A stretch of 32,989 nt of DNA from Craspedostauros australis (lineage: Eukaryota), in the NCBI GenBank assembly GCA_030167865.1, contig JALAGF010001061.1:1-32989 (forward strand), written 5' to 3'. Of this stretch, positions 1 through 9,690 are shown piece after piece. A model generated the notes under the pieces. The model ran no database searches, was not told the origin of the DNA, and worked only from the letters and a program-made list of their open reading frames with translations. Each line of letters starts with the position of its first letter. Positions within the stretch are counted from its first letter, which is position 1. The position numbers and the translations under genes are program-made.

Positions 1-1904
1 CAAGTGCGTATGAGAGAATAACGGGTGAACGATGCACATATATACGTACATCTCGACATATACTCACATGTACATCTCGACAAATGTGAGAAAGCGAAAC
101 AGAGGCGATCCCTATTCACCCAAGACCACGATCCAGATGACAATAAGTTCCAAAGATCCAAAGGCAACCATCGAGATGACCGAAGGAAGGAATTGAAATG
201 ACATGAACCGAAGTGGGACCAGTGAGGTGACATGAGACCCAAGGAGAGGTACCCGCAGGTCTACGAGTATGAACTCAACGAATGTAGGTGCTCTCCAATA
301 TGCAGTTGAAGCGGGCGATGAACCACCATGAACGCAAGATGCAAATGCAGATGAAAGGAGCCGTGTCGGAGGGTGTAACCATGGACGGCTATTGCAGATC
401 ATGCGTGTTATGGAATTGGAATCGAAAGGAGATGAGCATGTTATGCTCACAGTTCTAAAACGGTACAGACTGATAACAGATTAGTCTATTACTATAACCC
501 CGGATTTCCAACACACCGAGCAATCAATCGGAAACCATCCGTTTGTCATTTCTTCAAGGTGAGAAGGAATCGTATTCCAACCATCCTGGCACGAGCAGAA
601 AAGGCACGAGGGGTCCGAAGACAGAGTAACACGCTCCCCACCAACCTTGCACGAGAAAGGGAGGTACTTAAAGGTGAACCCTTTCCCTCCACCTCGGAAG
701 ACGAGTTCATCTCCGGAATCCCCGCCCTCGAAAATGACAGACCCCAACTCGAGGTAGGAGAAACTCCGGAAAGCAGATTCCTTGATGAGATCCCAGATGG
801 TTTCTTCGACCAAAAACCCGCCGCCACAGGCACCCGTCATCAAGGAACCGTCCCGGGTATAGGCCACGGCGAAGAGGAGTACAGACAGGGACCAACCGAA
901 GTAATTGACGTGGAAGAGTTGGCCGCCGGCGAATCCATGGCCAATTCCCCTGCACAACCCAGAACTCCAATTAGAAGATCCTCACGACCATCGCTATTAT
1001 CCAAGATCATGACTCCCACGCGAGATGAACGAGGATATACCGACAAGGTACAGCCACAGCCCCTTCCCCCCTAATCCCATCCTGGAGACGATCCGGCAGC
1101 CATGGGAACGGAGGACAGTGACGATTCAGGATCCATATTCCGCCTGGAGGAGAACTCCATTGGGCACGCTCCGACCCGACACGACCGCGGAACCAATACC
1201 GGCGCCAAACGCAACAACCACCTGATGAAACGGGGAATCTTCGATGAATCAGATGATTCAACTACCATCTCGAAAACCCTGGATTTCGAAGAACGCAAGA
1301 CACGCCTCCTTGCCCGGAAGTCCGCTGGAGGTGTGACCAGAGGCACTGCACCAGCAACCCCAACCACCCAGATCGTACAAGAGAACCTCCCAACTGCACC
1401 AGAGGACCCAACGAATATGACTGACACGTCCGCTACCACAGGACCAGAAGGAGAGGAGGAAGGTAGCACACCTCCAACCATCGATCCCTCCGAACCCAAG
1501 GAGGCGCCACCCCCTGAATCATCAACCCCGAGTACGGAAAGAGTCGCTAACCCACGAAAGAAGCCTCGAGTGGACCAGCAACCATTGGCATTGTATCCAT
1601 CCCCCAGACGGCTCAGATCCGGACATATCATGGGACCCACCCGGGACCACTGCCTGAACAAATGGTGGCGTACCCACCGCCAATCGACCATACAGTCCAG
1701 ATCATGGCCGCACTTCGTACCGACCCCAGATCACCGATTGCCCTCAGCAATCTCGCCGCGATCCTCTTCCGTGGAGGCCTGACCCACATCAACGCGATCC
1801 ACCAAGTCAGCATCACATCCATCCTGAACGAATACCTGGAGAGGATGGCGAATGATCTCCACCATGATCATGCGTTCAACAACGCCAGTGGGCACGATGA
1901 ATGA
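1..1904 (+). pseudogene. Disrupted ORF of unknown function (P/T/E-rich, A/C-biased codons), probably an accessory ORF of an LTR retroelement; 5' end outside the window
   Basis: ORFs 559..1074 and 1102..1782 share one frame, separated by a single TAA (1072-1074). The same frame reads from 103 with TGA at 199 and 223. A frameshift at ~1550-1660 leads into ORF 1662..1904. Candidate intron 4..102 (GTGCGT...CTCAC...ACAG). No recognisable domain. Confidence 0.45.
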
Positions 1905-1988
1905 AACCCACTTGCCGCCATCTTGGGAGGCCGCACAGACCATACTACAACTAGCTTTCTTGCTTTCAGTCAACTCACGTTCCGACGT

Positions 1989-2263
1989 GAGATGAAGGGG
2001 AGTAATAGAGCTAAACTAGAATCTACCTTAGTGGAGGACACTACGAACCACTCGATTCGACAACAGTCCATTCGATCGATTGGCCAGCTCATCAGAACAG
2101 TTAGGATTCGGACGTAGACGGCGCGAATCGGTGGAGGAAGCCTCTTGGATCTGCCGGCTTCGGGATAGCCGTGTGATGCAGTTCAAGAGAGGTGTACTGA
2201 TTGAAGAGTTAACTGTAACGATGAGTAGAAGAGTGCTTTGTAGCTAATCCTTGTCTGTTATTA
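1989..2263 (+). mobile_element. Candidate polypurine tract plus 3' LTR of an LTR retrotransposon
   Basis: GAGATGAAGGGGAG (1989-2002) is directly followed by TAATAG (2003). A matching TATTA ends at 2263, where a different decayed reading frame resumes. No gag/pol or second LTR in the window to confirm; an alternative end is ...CACACA at 2309. Confidence 0.45.
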
Positions 2264-2760
2264 TGAGTTAGCTTGTAGTGTTAGTAGGGTGAAGAAACGA
2301 TGCCACACAACTTGGCGAGACCCTGCACTGATGTACTTGGTTCAGTGCTCAAGGGTAGATGATCATAACAGTGCCTTGCTCTCCACACATGTAGATACAC
2401 TGCAGTGTAGGCCATGACGCATGTTGGCGACAGTCATGAAGCAGTGGCTGTGGCTGGAGCTGACCCTCGGATTCCATTGCTCAAGTTGAAGCAAGTTGGA
2501 TACACACGTTAAGACTGCGGCAGTGGTGCAGTAGTCGTCAGCATGAAGGGAATCGAGGAATGTTGTAGTAAGAGGATCTGAGGAGCATATAGTTCCCAAG
2601 GTGGGGTGTGAGTCAGATCGGTCATGCTTGAGTCATGATGGATTCGTGAATGGAGGAGAGAAAGGAGGAGAAAAGATTTGGTGGTCGATCAAGTCGGAAG
2701 ATTTCGCGCCAAAACAAGAATTTCTCCAATTGGGTTGATACCGTGTCCGGTAATAGTCTG
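2264..2760 (-). pseudogene. Older degenerate ORF/repeat relic, possibly interrupted by the LTR element
   Basis: Minus-strand frames starting near ATGs at ~2625-2637 are broken mainly by TGA codons, and the DNA is TpG/CpA-rich, as expected from CpG deamination. It is preceded by a pyrimidine-rich leader and an E2F-type site. Confidence 0.3.
2702..2713. promoter_or_regulatory. Overlapping inverted E2F-type site TTTCGCGCCAAA
   Basis: Matches TTTSSCGC on both strands (TTTCGCGC on +, TTTGGCGC on -). Function untested. Confidence 0.4.
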
Positions 2761-3139
2761 TCCCTTATTGAATCTCAACTAGAACCCACATTTGGGAACT
2801 GATCCAGATTGTTGAAGTAGATCTTTGGCGACCTGTGTCAGACATGTTGAAGGGTTCCGATAACCAAGACACCGATCCCATCACATCGCCAAAACGCCAG
2901 CGCACGAATACAAGCAAACACGGTGAGGATGACAACCCACAGAACGCACACCAGCGTCCATCACCTTGCAACCAACTCAGTGAACGGACCCCCATCCGCA
3001 GTACTCAAGCTACACGACCTGTACAGCAAATCCTTTAGGGCAACATTGGAGATCCACCCCATGGAGAAGACCAATAGCAATAACACTCATAATCCGCATG
3101 TTTCTTCACCCATCATTAGTATTCTCAATTGACTACTTG

Positions 3140-3727
3140 TGATCTAGAAGACTCATGTTTGGACTGCTTGTCAATCAAGCCTCTGCCCTACAGCTAACAA
3201 CAGCCAACAAGACAACAGCCATTACATTTGGGTTCTTTTATTTGCTTCAAGGCTCCTTTGCACTTGTGGCTGGATCGGTACTTTTGGTTGTGTTGATGTT
3301 GTCCCTTGCGCCTTGGCGTTCTTGCAGGAGGATTGTGCTGCATGGTTGCCCAGGATGCATACCATGCCATGTTGATCATGTGCACACTGCATGTTGTCGG
3401 AGAAGAAAAATGGAAACAGCAACAGTGGCAAGAATGTGGCTTGGCTGAGCTGTGCATGCATCATTCACAGGATTGGCAGCCGAGGTGAAGACGATGTCGT
3501 GGTGATTGGCAAAGCACTGTCGTCTGCGTCGTACAGATCGCCAATGCCCTTCGTCGAATTCTGAGACGATTGGATTTTGTTGGTTTCCATTGTGAGATTG
3601 GTTGACGCGGACTCATGTTGGCTGTCCTGGCGTGGCACATTCTGTTGTTGCTTCGCACAGTCATCACGTTGTCTTTTGGAGGAAGAGTCACACGATGTCT
3701 CTTCCTCTGTTGCGACTCGTTTTTCAT
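3140..3727 (-). pseudogene. Decayed host-like gene fragment of unknown function
   Basis: ORFs 3465..3827 and 3222..3464 abut in one frame across a single TGA. The ATG at 3727 is followed by an A5 run; one extra A would give MKKRVATEEETSCDSSSKRQR in that frame. The 3' half is CpG-depleted. Confidence 0.4.
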
Positions 3728-4318
3728 GACGTGGAATTTGTTCCCTGTGACGTAGAAGACGGATCAGCGAGAGCAAACACGAAATAGCTCTAAATATCCA
3801 ATCGCCGTTTCTCCCAAAAGCAAGCAAACCAGTGGCAACAAGGGGCCAAAACTCTACAACTAGTGCTATCGCGACACCGTTTTACATTGAGTGCAGGTAG
3901 TAGTTGGATCATGGCCAATACGCAAGTGCATGCTGTGAGTAGAGCAGAAAAGAGCACGCTCCGTGGGCGGCCTTGTGAGACCGTTCCTGTTGCAGTCTGC
4001 CATTCATGTGGATGGTCATATTTTACACATGCCTGTATCCGCAGGTTACTGTTAATTGCATCTGCCGGTTTAATAAGTCTAATGTGGTCCGTGGACGTTG
4101 CTCAGTTTGAAAGACTCTGGAGAGAGTGATAGAGAGAGTGCGACTTGGTGCCATCAGTCGCACCCCCCGCCATTGACGCGACGTTATACGTGGTCTATCA
4201 TCCATTTCACTCATCCATCTCTCCTTCATGTGTCCATTTCATCATCCCATCCATATGGTTGTCCATTCATGCCCACATGGTATCCTTGCTACTTGCACCT
4301 CCCGACTGGAAGCCAATG

Positions 4319-5986
4319 CTATCCGTCAACCTTCAAGAGGTCTCTGACGGGAAGGAAGTTTGGAGCACCTTCGCCAAGTGTCAGGTGGATCAGATCCTTG
4401 AAGAATCCACGCAGATGATCTTGGAAGGACTCTTTGATGGTTTCTTTGGGCGGCGCTGCTGGATTGACGTTGACCTCCAGCAGGTAGAGTCTGGACTCCT
4501 CCGTCACCATGATGTCCAAACCAGCGATGGCAAACTTGCGAACGTAGTCCATGCTCGCGTCATCTTGGCTAGCGCTGTAGCTGACACGCCGGGTCATGTC
4601 CTCGACGAAGTGCACTCCAAAAATCTTGGCCACGAAGGCCTCGACTTTGTTCTTCATGTCGCGTTCTACGAGCTCTGTCACTTCATCCAACAGCACGCGT
4701 TCCGTCGACGCGGAGCCTGCCCCATTGGTGATGTGCGATCGACGGTTCCTGGATCCATCTTCCCGTTCTGACACGGGTTCGCTGGCTATCCGGATTTCAT
4801 GCCGGTTGTACAAATAGAGATCCAGTATCTCCCCGTCGCCGTCGAGATTTTCCACAGCTGCGATGTACGTGCGGATGTGGAACTTGCGTCGATCTCGGAT
4901 GAGCAAGCACGGGTATACTTCTGCTTGTAGCACTGTGATGCCAAAGTCGTCACGGTTGACGAGGCGATAATTGGATTGAGGTGAGATGGTTGTCGCCATT
5001 TTGGTTTTTGCGATTATCCGTTGTGCGTTGGTTTGTTCGTCGAAGTGGAGAGGAGGAAGAGAGTGAGTAATGGCGTACAATGAATGGAAGGAACAGGGAA
5101 ACTCTGCGTGCGACCAGTCATTCGCAACGCCCATTGCAGTGTGCCACTTATAACACTGCGCGTGGTTGCGCGTATGTTTATGGTACACATGCATACACTC
5201 ACCCCAACTTGGAATCCGACCCTTCTGCGCGATCAAATTGTCCAACAAATCCGACTCTTCGACGGCCCGTTTCCTGTGCTCTTCCAAAATGCCGTGGATT
5301 TCATCTGCCGTTTGGACGAAGTAAATTCCGGTGCCTTGCGATCCCATCGGCTCCTTGAGGACGGCCACCTGCTTGGCGTTGTTGTTAGATGCCAGCATGG
5401 GCATGGCATTGCCCACCAAGTTTTTGCATTCCTCGCGCGTCACATCCCAATTCAAGAGCTGAGACGGCGGCGATAACTCGAGCTCCGAACACCGGCATCT
5501 TTGGATGGTGCGGACCAGCTCATCCTTGTCCTCCAGGCCATCCAAAGCCTCCGAGATGCCGTGCACGGCCTCCAACAATTCCGGCACATCGCCCTCCGCG
5601 TGTCGCTCGATTTCCAAACGCAACGTGCATGGACGGTTGGGCTTGCGATTTCGCCGGCGATTGCGCGCGCTGGGCTGTGACGACGAGGCTGCTGCATCGC
5701 CATTCTCGACGCCCAGTTTGCGGCTCAACAATTCGGCAGTGCTCCCAACCTCTTGTAATTTTGGAACTTCGGAAAGGGTTTCGGTCAGCACCCAAGCCCA
5801 CGGACTTCGCACGATGTAGTTGACTGCGTGGGTTGGATTGTGGAGCAAAGAGTCTTTCGTTTTGTCTTGGTCGATTTGCTGCGGAGGTGCAGAAGCCTTG
5901 GCCGCAGCTTCCGATTTGCGAGATGGAGACTTTCCATTCCGTTTCCTCGTCGGGCTTCGATTCTTTTTCTTTCCAAACAGCGGCAT
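4319..5986 (-). CDS. Tubulin-tyrosine ligase (TTL/TTLL) family ATP-grasp protein, ~465 aa after splicing
   Basis: Motifs VLKEPMGSQGTGI, RKFHIRTYI, HITN, GLDIMV and LLEVNVNP. Exons 5986-5203 and 4932-4319; intron 5202-4933 (GTGAGT...ACAG, 270 nt). Splicing restores the PSWVLQAEV strand. Confidence 0.88.
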   Translation of the reverse strand: MPLFGKKKNRSPTRKRNGKSPSRKSEAAAKASAPPQQIDQDKTKDSLLHNPTHAVNYIVRSPWAWVLTETLSEVPKLQEVGSTAELLSRKLGVENGDAAASSSQPSARNRRRNRKPNRPCTLRLEIERHAEGDVPELLEAVHGISEALDGLEDKDELVRTIQRCRCSELELSPPSQLLNWDVTREECKNLVGNAMPMLASNNNAKQVAVLKEPMGSQGTGIYFVQTADEIHGILEEHRKRAVEESDLLDNLIAQKGRIPSWGECMHVYHKHTRNHAQCYKWHTAMGVANDWSHAEFPCSFHSLYAITHSLPPLHFDEQTNAQRIIAKTKMATTISPQSNYRLVNRDDFGITVLQAEVYPCLLIRDRRKFHIRTYIAAVENLDGDGEILDLYLYNRHEIRIASEPVSEREDGSRNRRSHITNGAGSASTERVLLDEVTELVERDMKNKVEAFVAKIFGVHFVEDMTRRVSYSASQDDASMDYVRKFAIAGLDIMVTEESRLYLLEVNVNPAAPPKETIKESFQDHLRGFFKDLIHLTLGEGAPNFLPVRDLLKVDG

Positions 5987-6374
5987 GGTGCTGCTCTCTC
6001 CGTCCTAGTATAGTAATGAGTATCGAAGCCTGCGGCTGCGGTTGCTGTGATCGTTGGTATAGAATATGTATCGTAGACGCAATGGAAAGCGCCGGATAGT
6101 CAGGTTGGGATGGGTGATTGATTGAATGATTGATTGATCGCGTGAAAAGGAGACGGACAATGTGATGACGTACTTCCAGTGACAGAATTCGACAACGACT
6201 TTCAGCGCCTCGATCTTCAACCTGGGGTCTGCCGACACTGTGCTTCGCTCTTGCGATGATCACCTTCGGATGAAGGCGGCGCTGGTGGTATCGCAGCTGC
6301 TGCAGTTGTTGTCGATGGGGCGTGGCTTACAGTTCACTCTGGCAAGGCCTGTGTCTGCTTCTGTGGATGTTGCT

Positions 6375-6400
6375 ATGGATGGATGGATGGATGGATGGAT
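6375..6400. repeat. (ATGG)n microsatellite
   Basis: About 6.5 perfect units upstream of the TTL gene. Confidence 0.9.
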
Positions 6401-6974
6401 GTTGCTTTGGATGGTTGTGGAGGAGGAGTGCGTGCAATGGGACATGTCAGGATGATGTGAATGCCTTCACCGCTCTTGTTGCTGTTTGCATTCGTCATTT
6501 GACACGCTTTTTTGGTTGGTTGGCGAGAAAAGTCAAACATACTCGTGACTGCAGGCCTGTCACTCGATACCAGTCACGACCAACAAGGCAAGACATGGCT
6601 CGGACGATCCGCGAAACCCAATGTGGCGGTTGAACAAGATGATGCCAGTGAACGCCATCACATCTTCCCGGAGGCAACTGGATTATTCGTGCGTACCAAA
6701 GTATGTAAGATTCAATACGCTAAGCTTTCCTATCCGTTGCTGCCATCTTGAATTCGCTTGGCAACGCCGCAAGATGCTCCATTCATTTTACTTTGCGAGT
6801 ACTCGGGAGGAATACCTGCAAAAGAGCTTGCGGATAATGATAGCTGCCTTGTGACGTTGCTGGTACCGCTCCACGCGACGTCGCTGCCGCATGGGAGATG
6901 TCGGGTATGCTCCATCGCGCTTTCAGTCCATGTCGCGTTCCACTGTGTATGTTGCGTGCATTGACCGTGTGCCA

Positions 6975-8738
6975 TCAGCATGCTCGGTTGTGAATCCAGC
7001 TGAACGTCTTGGGCACGACCTCCTCGTTGACCTGCTTCTTTCGGTTCATCGATCGTTCCGCCAATTTGCGGTACCGATCCGGCAGTTTGCAAAGGTATTC
7101 GCGTTCCTTCTCCGCCTCCGACGAGAGTCCTTCCAGGTTTTCCAAATCCCACGTGTCGACCAGATGCCGTATGATTTCCGCGTAATCCACCGCCGTGTAG
7201 ACACCGAGCCGCTGCGCGACGTCCGCGAAGTCGCCGTAAAGATTCGGATTGACGCCGTCCGTCATGAGCTCGGCCGGCATGACGATCTGACCACGCATCA
7301 TTTCTCCGAAGACATGCAGCAGACCGTCCGGATCGCGCTTGAGGATTTCGGTGACGAAGGTTTGGTAGGCTTTCTCGTGACGACCTTCGTCGCCGGCGAT
7401 TTTCGCGCAAATGCGGCTGAGGTTCTTATCTCCGGCGCTGCGTGCCATTCGGCCGACGTTGCCGTGGGAGATCTTGGTGGCGCGTTCCTGAAAGGACGTG
7501 TAGACGAAGCCTCGGTACGGATCCTTCTGCGCGTTGGGGTTGAAGCCCGACGTGATGAGGTGCTGCACGGTGACTTCGATGGCGCGCATGTCGCATCGAC
7601 CACCCAGGTAGAGGTACTTATTGAGGAGATCTCCATGCCGATTCTCCTCGGAAGTCCAGCCTCTGCTCCAGCGCGCCCATGGCGAGTCGGTGCTGCCAGT
7701 TGGGTCGTCGCATCCTTCGAATGTGTTGAGCAGGGTCTGGTAGGTCGGCAACGCCTCCTCGGTGACCATGTCGCCCACCAGGACGACCAGCAGATCGTCG
7801 TCAATTGTGGCGGCCTGCGCTCTCATGTCCTTCACCTCATCCTCCCAGCCTTCTTGGGAGAGATCCGGGAGGTAATCCTGAGGCTGCCATGCCTTGTCGC
7901 CTGTCTCCAGCAGCTGCATACAGCATGACATTCGTTGTAGCATTGCAGGTGTTGTTTATGAGTGCGATTGCCATCGTGAGCATATGTGAATGTGCATGTA
8001 TGGATGTACATGTATGGATGTACATGTATGGATGTGCATGGGGGATGAGATGAATGAGATGAATGAGATGAATGAGGTGAGTGAACAGGTGAGACAAGAA
8101 CTGACCGAATCGTGTGATCACGTTGCATAAATCCCAAGCCCGAACTTTGATGGGGAACAGCGCATCGTAAACGCGCGGGGCGCAGATTTTCCGGAGGTGA
8201 TTGATAAGATGCCAATCAATCAGCAAACAACCTCCACCAGGTTGGCTGCTTCCATTCGTTTTGAGGGTCATCATGATGGGTGCATGGATAGATAAATGGA
8301 AGAACGCATGCACGTATTAACATGAAACAGAACGCCATCTCTCACATGGCATACCCAGCACAATGCGAGGCTGCCTTGATTTGCGTCAGTTGAACTCACA
8401 ATGTCGTCGACCATCTTGCCAGCAATTGGCGCCAAATCCTCAATGACTTCGACATGCTTGGGATACAAGTAGCTCGTCGCTTGCAGCCGCTGGTGCAGAG
8501 AATGCTGATCGAAATCCACGCCGCAGATGTCCTGGTACTCCTTTCTAGTGACGACATCGGGATTGACGGCGACTCGCAGCGCCGTTGTGGGGCAGACCCT
8601 CGATGCTGTGGCCGCCTTGGTTGCCGCTTTGGACTGTGGTATCGACGCGGCTCTGCTGGTGACACCAGGCTTCGCTTGGAATGCGCAGCTGACGGCCGCC
8701 ATTGACGCCGCGAGGCTGATCTTCAGGAGTGTCACCAT
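6975..8738 (-). CDS. SAD: Plastid soluble acyl-ACP delta-9 desaturase (palmitoyl/stearoyl-ACP desaturase), ~425 aa
   Basis: Di-iron motifs DMVTEEALPTY, WTSEENRHGD, YTSFQERAT and DEGRHEKAY. Exon 1 8738-8400 starts MVTLLKISLAASMAAVSCA-FQA (signal peptide with ASAF-like site, then transit peptide). Intron 8399-7914 (GTGAGT...GCAG, 486 nt, phase 0); exon 2 7913-6975. Confidence 0.96.
7995..8076. repeat. Intronic tandem repeats: (CATGTATGGATGTA)x3 and (ATGAGATGA)x3.5
   Basis: Read directly at 7995-8036 and 8045-8076. Confidence 0.9.
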
Positions 8739-9233
8739 GTTGGATGCTTGCTGCTTCCGATTGCTTCCTTGGTCGGTGACTGTTGATTGATTGATTGATT
8801 GATTGACTGCTTGATTGACTCCTTGATTGCTCGTTCTTTGCTCAAGTCGAGGACCAGTCTCCTCTGTGCTTTTCAATGGACTTGTCGTCGATGTCGGAGG
8901 CGAGGACTGTCGCTGAGGGTGCACAAGTGCAAACGGAGCACAAGGACGCGCAAACGCAGCGTGACTTCTTGGTTGCTTCGTTCGTTGTCTTCTTGCTTCG
9001 TCTCTTCTTGCTCTCTCTCTCTCTCTCGGCGTGGTTGTCTCCCTCTTTGGTCGTCGAGGCGCGCTCTCGGCGAAACAGCCGTCAGGATTTTTCTCCTCCC
9101 TTTGACACGTCCACACGTTCGTCTTTTTCATTTTCTGTCAAAGTTGATGATGTTCGTCGACTGGCCGATCTTCGCTGATGTTCCTGAGTTTTGTTTGGTC
9201 AACACCGTGTCGCAATCGATTCGAAAATGTGAA

Positions 9234-9690
9234 GCGTCAGTCATACCCGAATTCCAAATGGTCGATGTCAGCGGATCCAATTGGTCCATTCGATTCGTGT
9301 TTATGGTCGAGTCACACGTCAGACATTGGCGTCATCTACATGCATCAATACAATCCATGGCGACGTGGTAACGAACACGAACCATTCGATGGCAGGATGA
9401 CCGACTCGGCGCTTTGTTGCGAAACAGGAGTGAATTTGGCGTTGACAGCTCGTGAAAACACGCAGGTGCCTGTTACGGAGATGACAAGAGACGGTGGCAT
9501 CATTGACGTCATGCTCGCACGCACGACCGCCAAAAAGCAACACAACCGTGATGATGTTCGAGCTGGTGGGGTGGAGGGTGTCACGCCTGGGTTGATTGAT
9601 GGCTATGGCGACTAATTGCGCGCGTGTGGTAGGTCGCATACGACAAATATGTATTGGTAGGTATGGTGGATGTCGGTGGATGTCTGACGT
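9234..9690. promoter_or_regulatory. Cluster of CRE/CCRE-like bZIP motifs upstream of the desaturase
   Basis: GCGTCA 9234, ACGTCA 9316, GCGTCA 9329, palindromic TGACGTCA 9504 and TGACGT 9685. Confidence 0.45.

Noticed and set aside
2301..2325. ...CACACA followed by ACT-TGGCGAGACC, resembling an LTR end plus primer-binding site
   Set aside because: No gag follows, it conflicts with the PPT on the other side, and it lies within a decayed minus-strand frame. Kept only as an alternative LTR boundary.
3120..3150. GATCTAG as a possible Helitron 3' end
   Set aside because: There is no subterminal GC-rich hairpin and the next base is A, not T.
8180..8240. Hairpin followed by GGAAAATCTG, reminiscent of RNase P/MRP P3 plus CR-I
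   Set aside because: No complementary CR-V/P4 strand is found downstream, so the assignment cannot be made.
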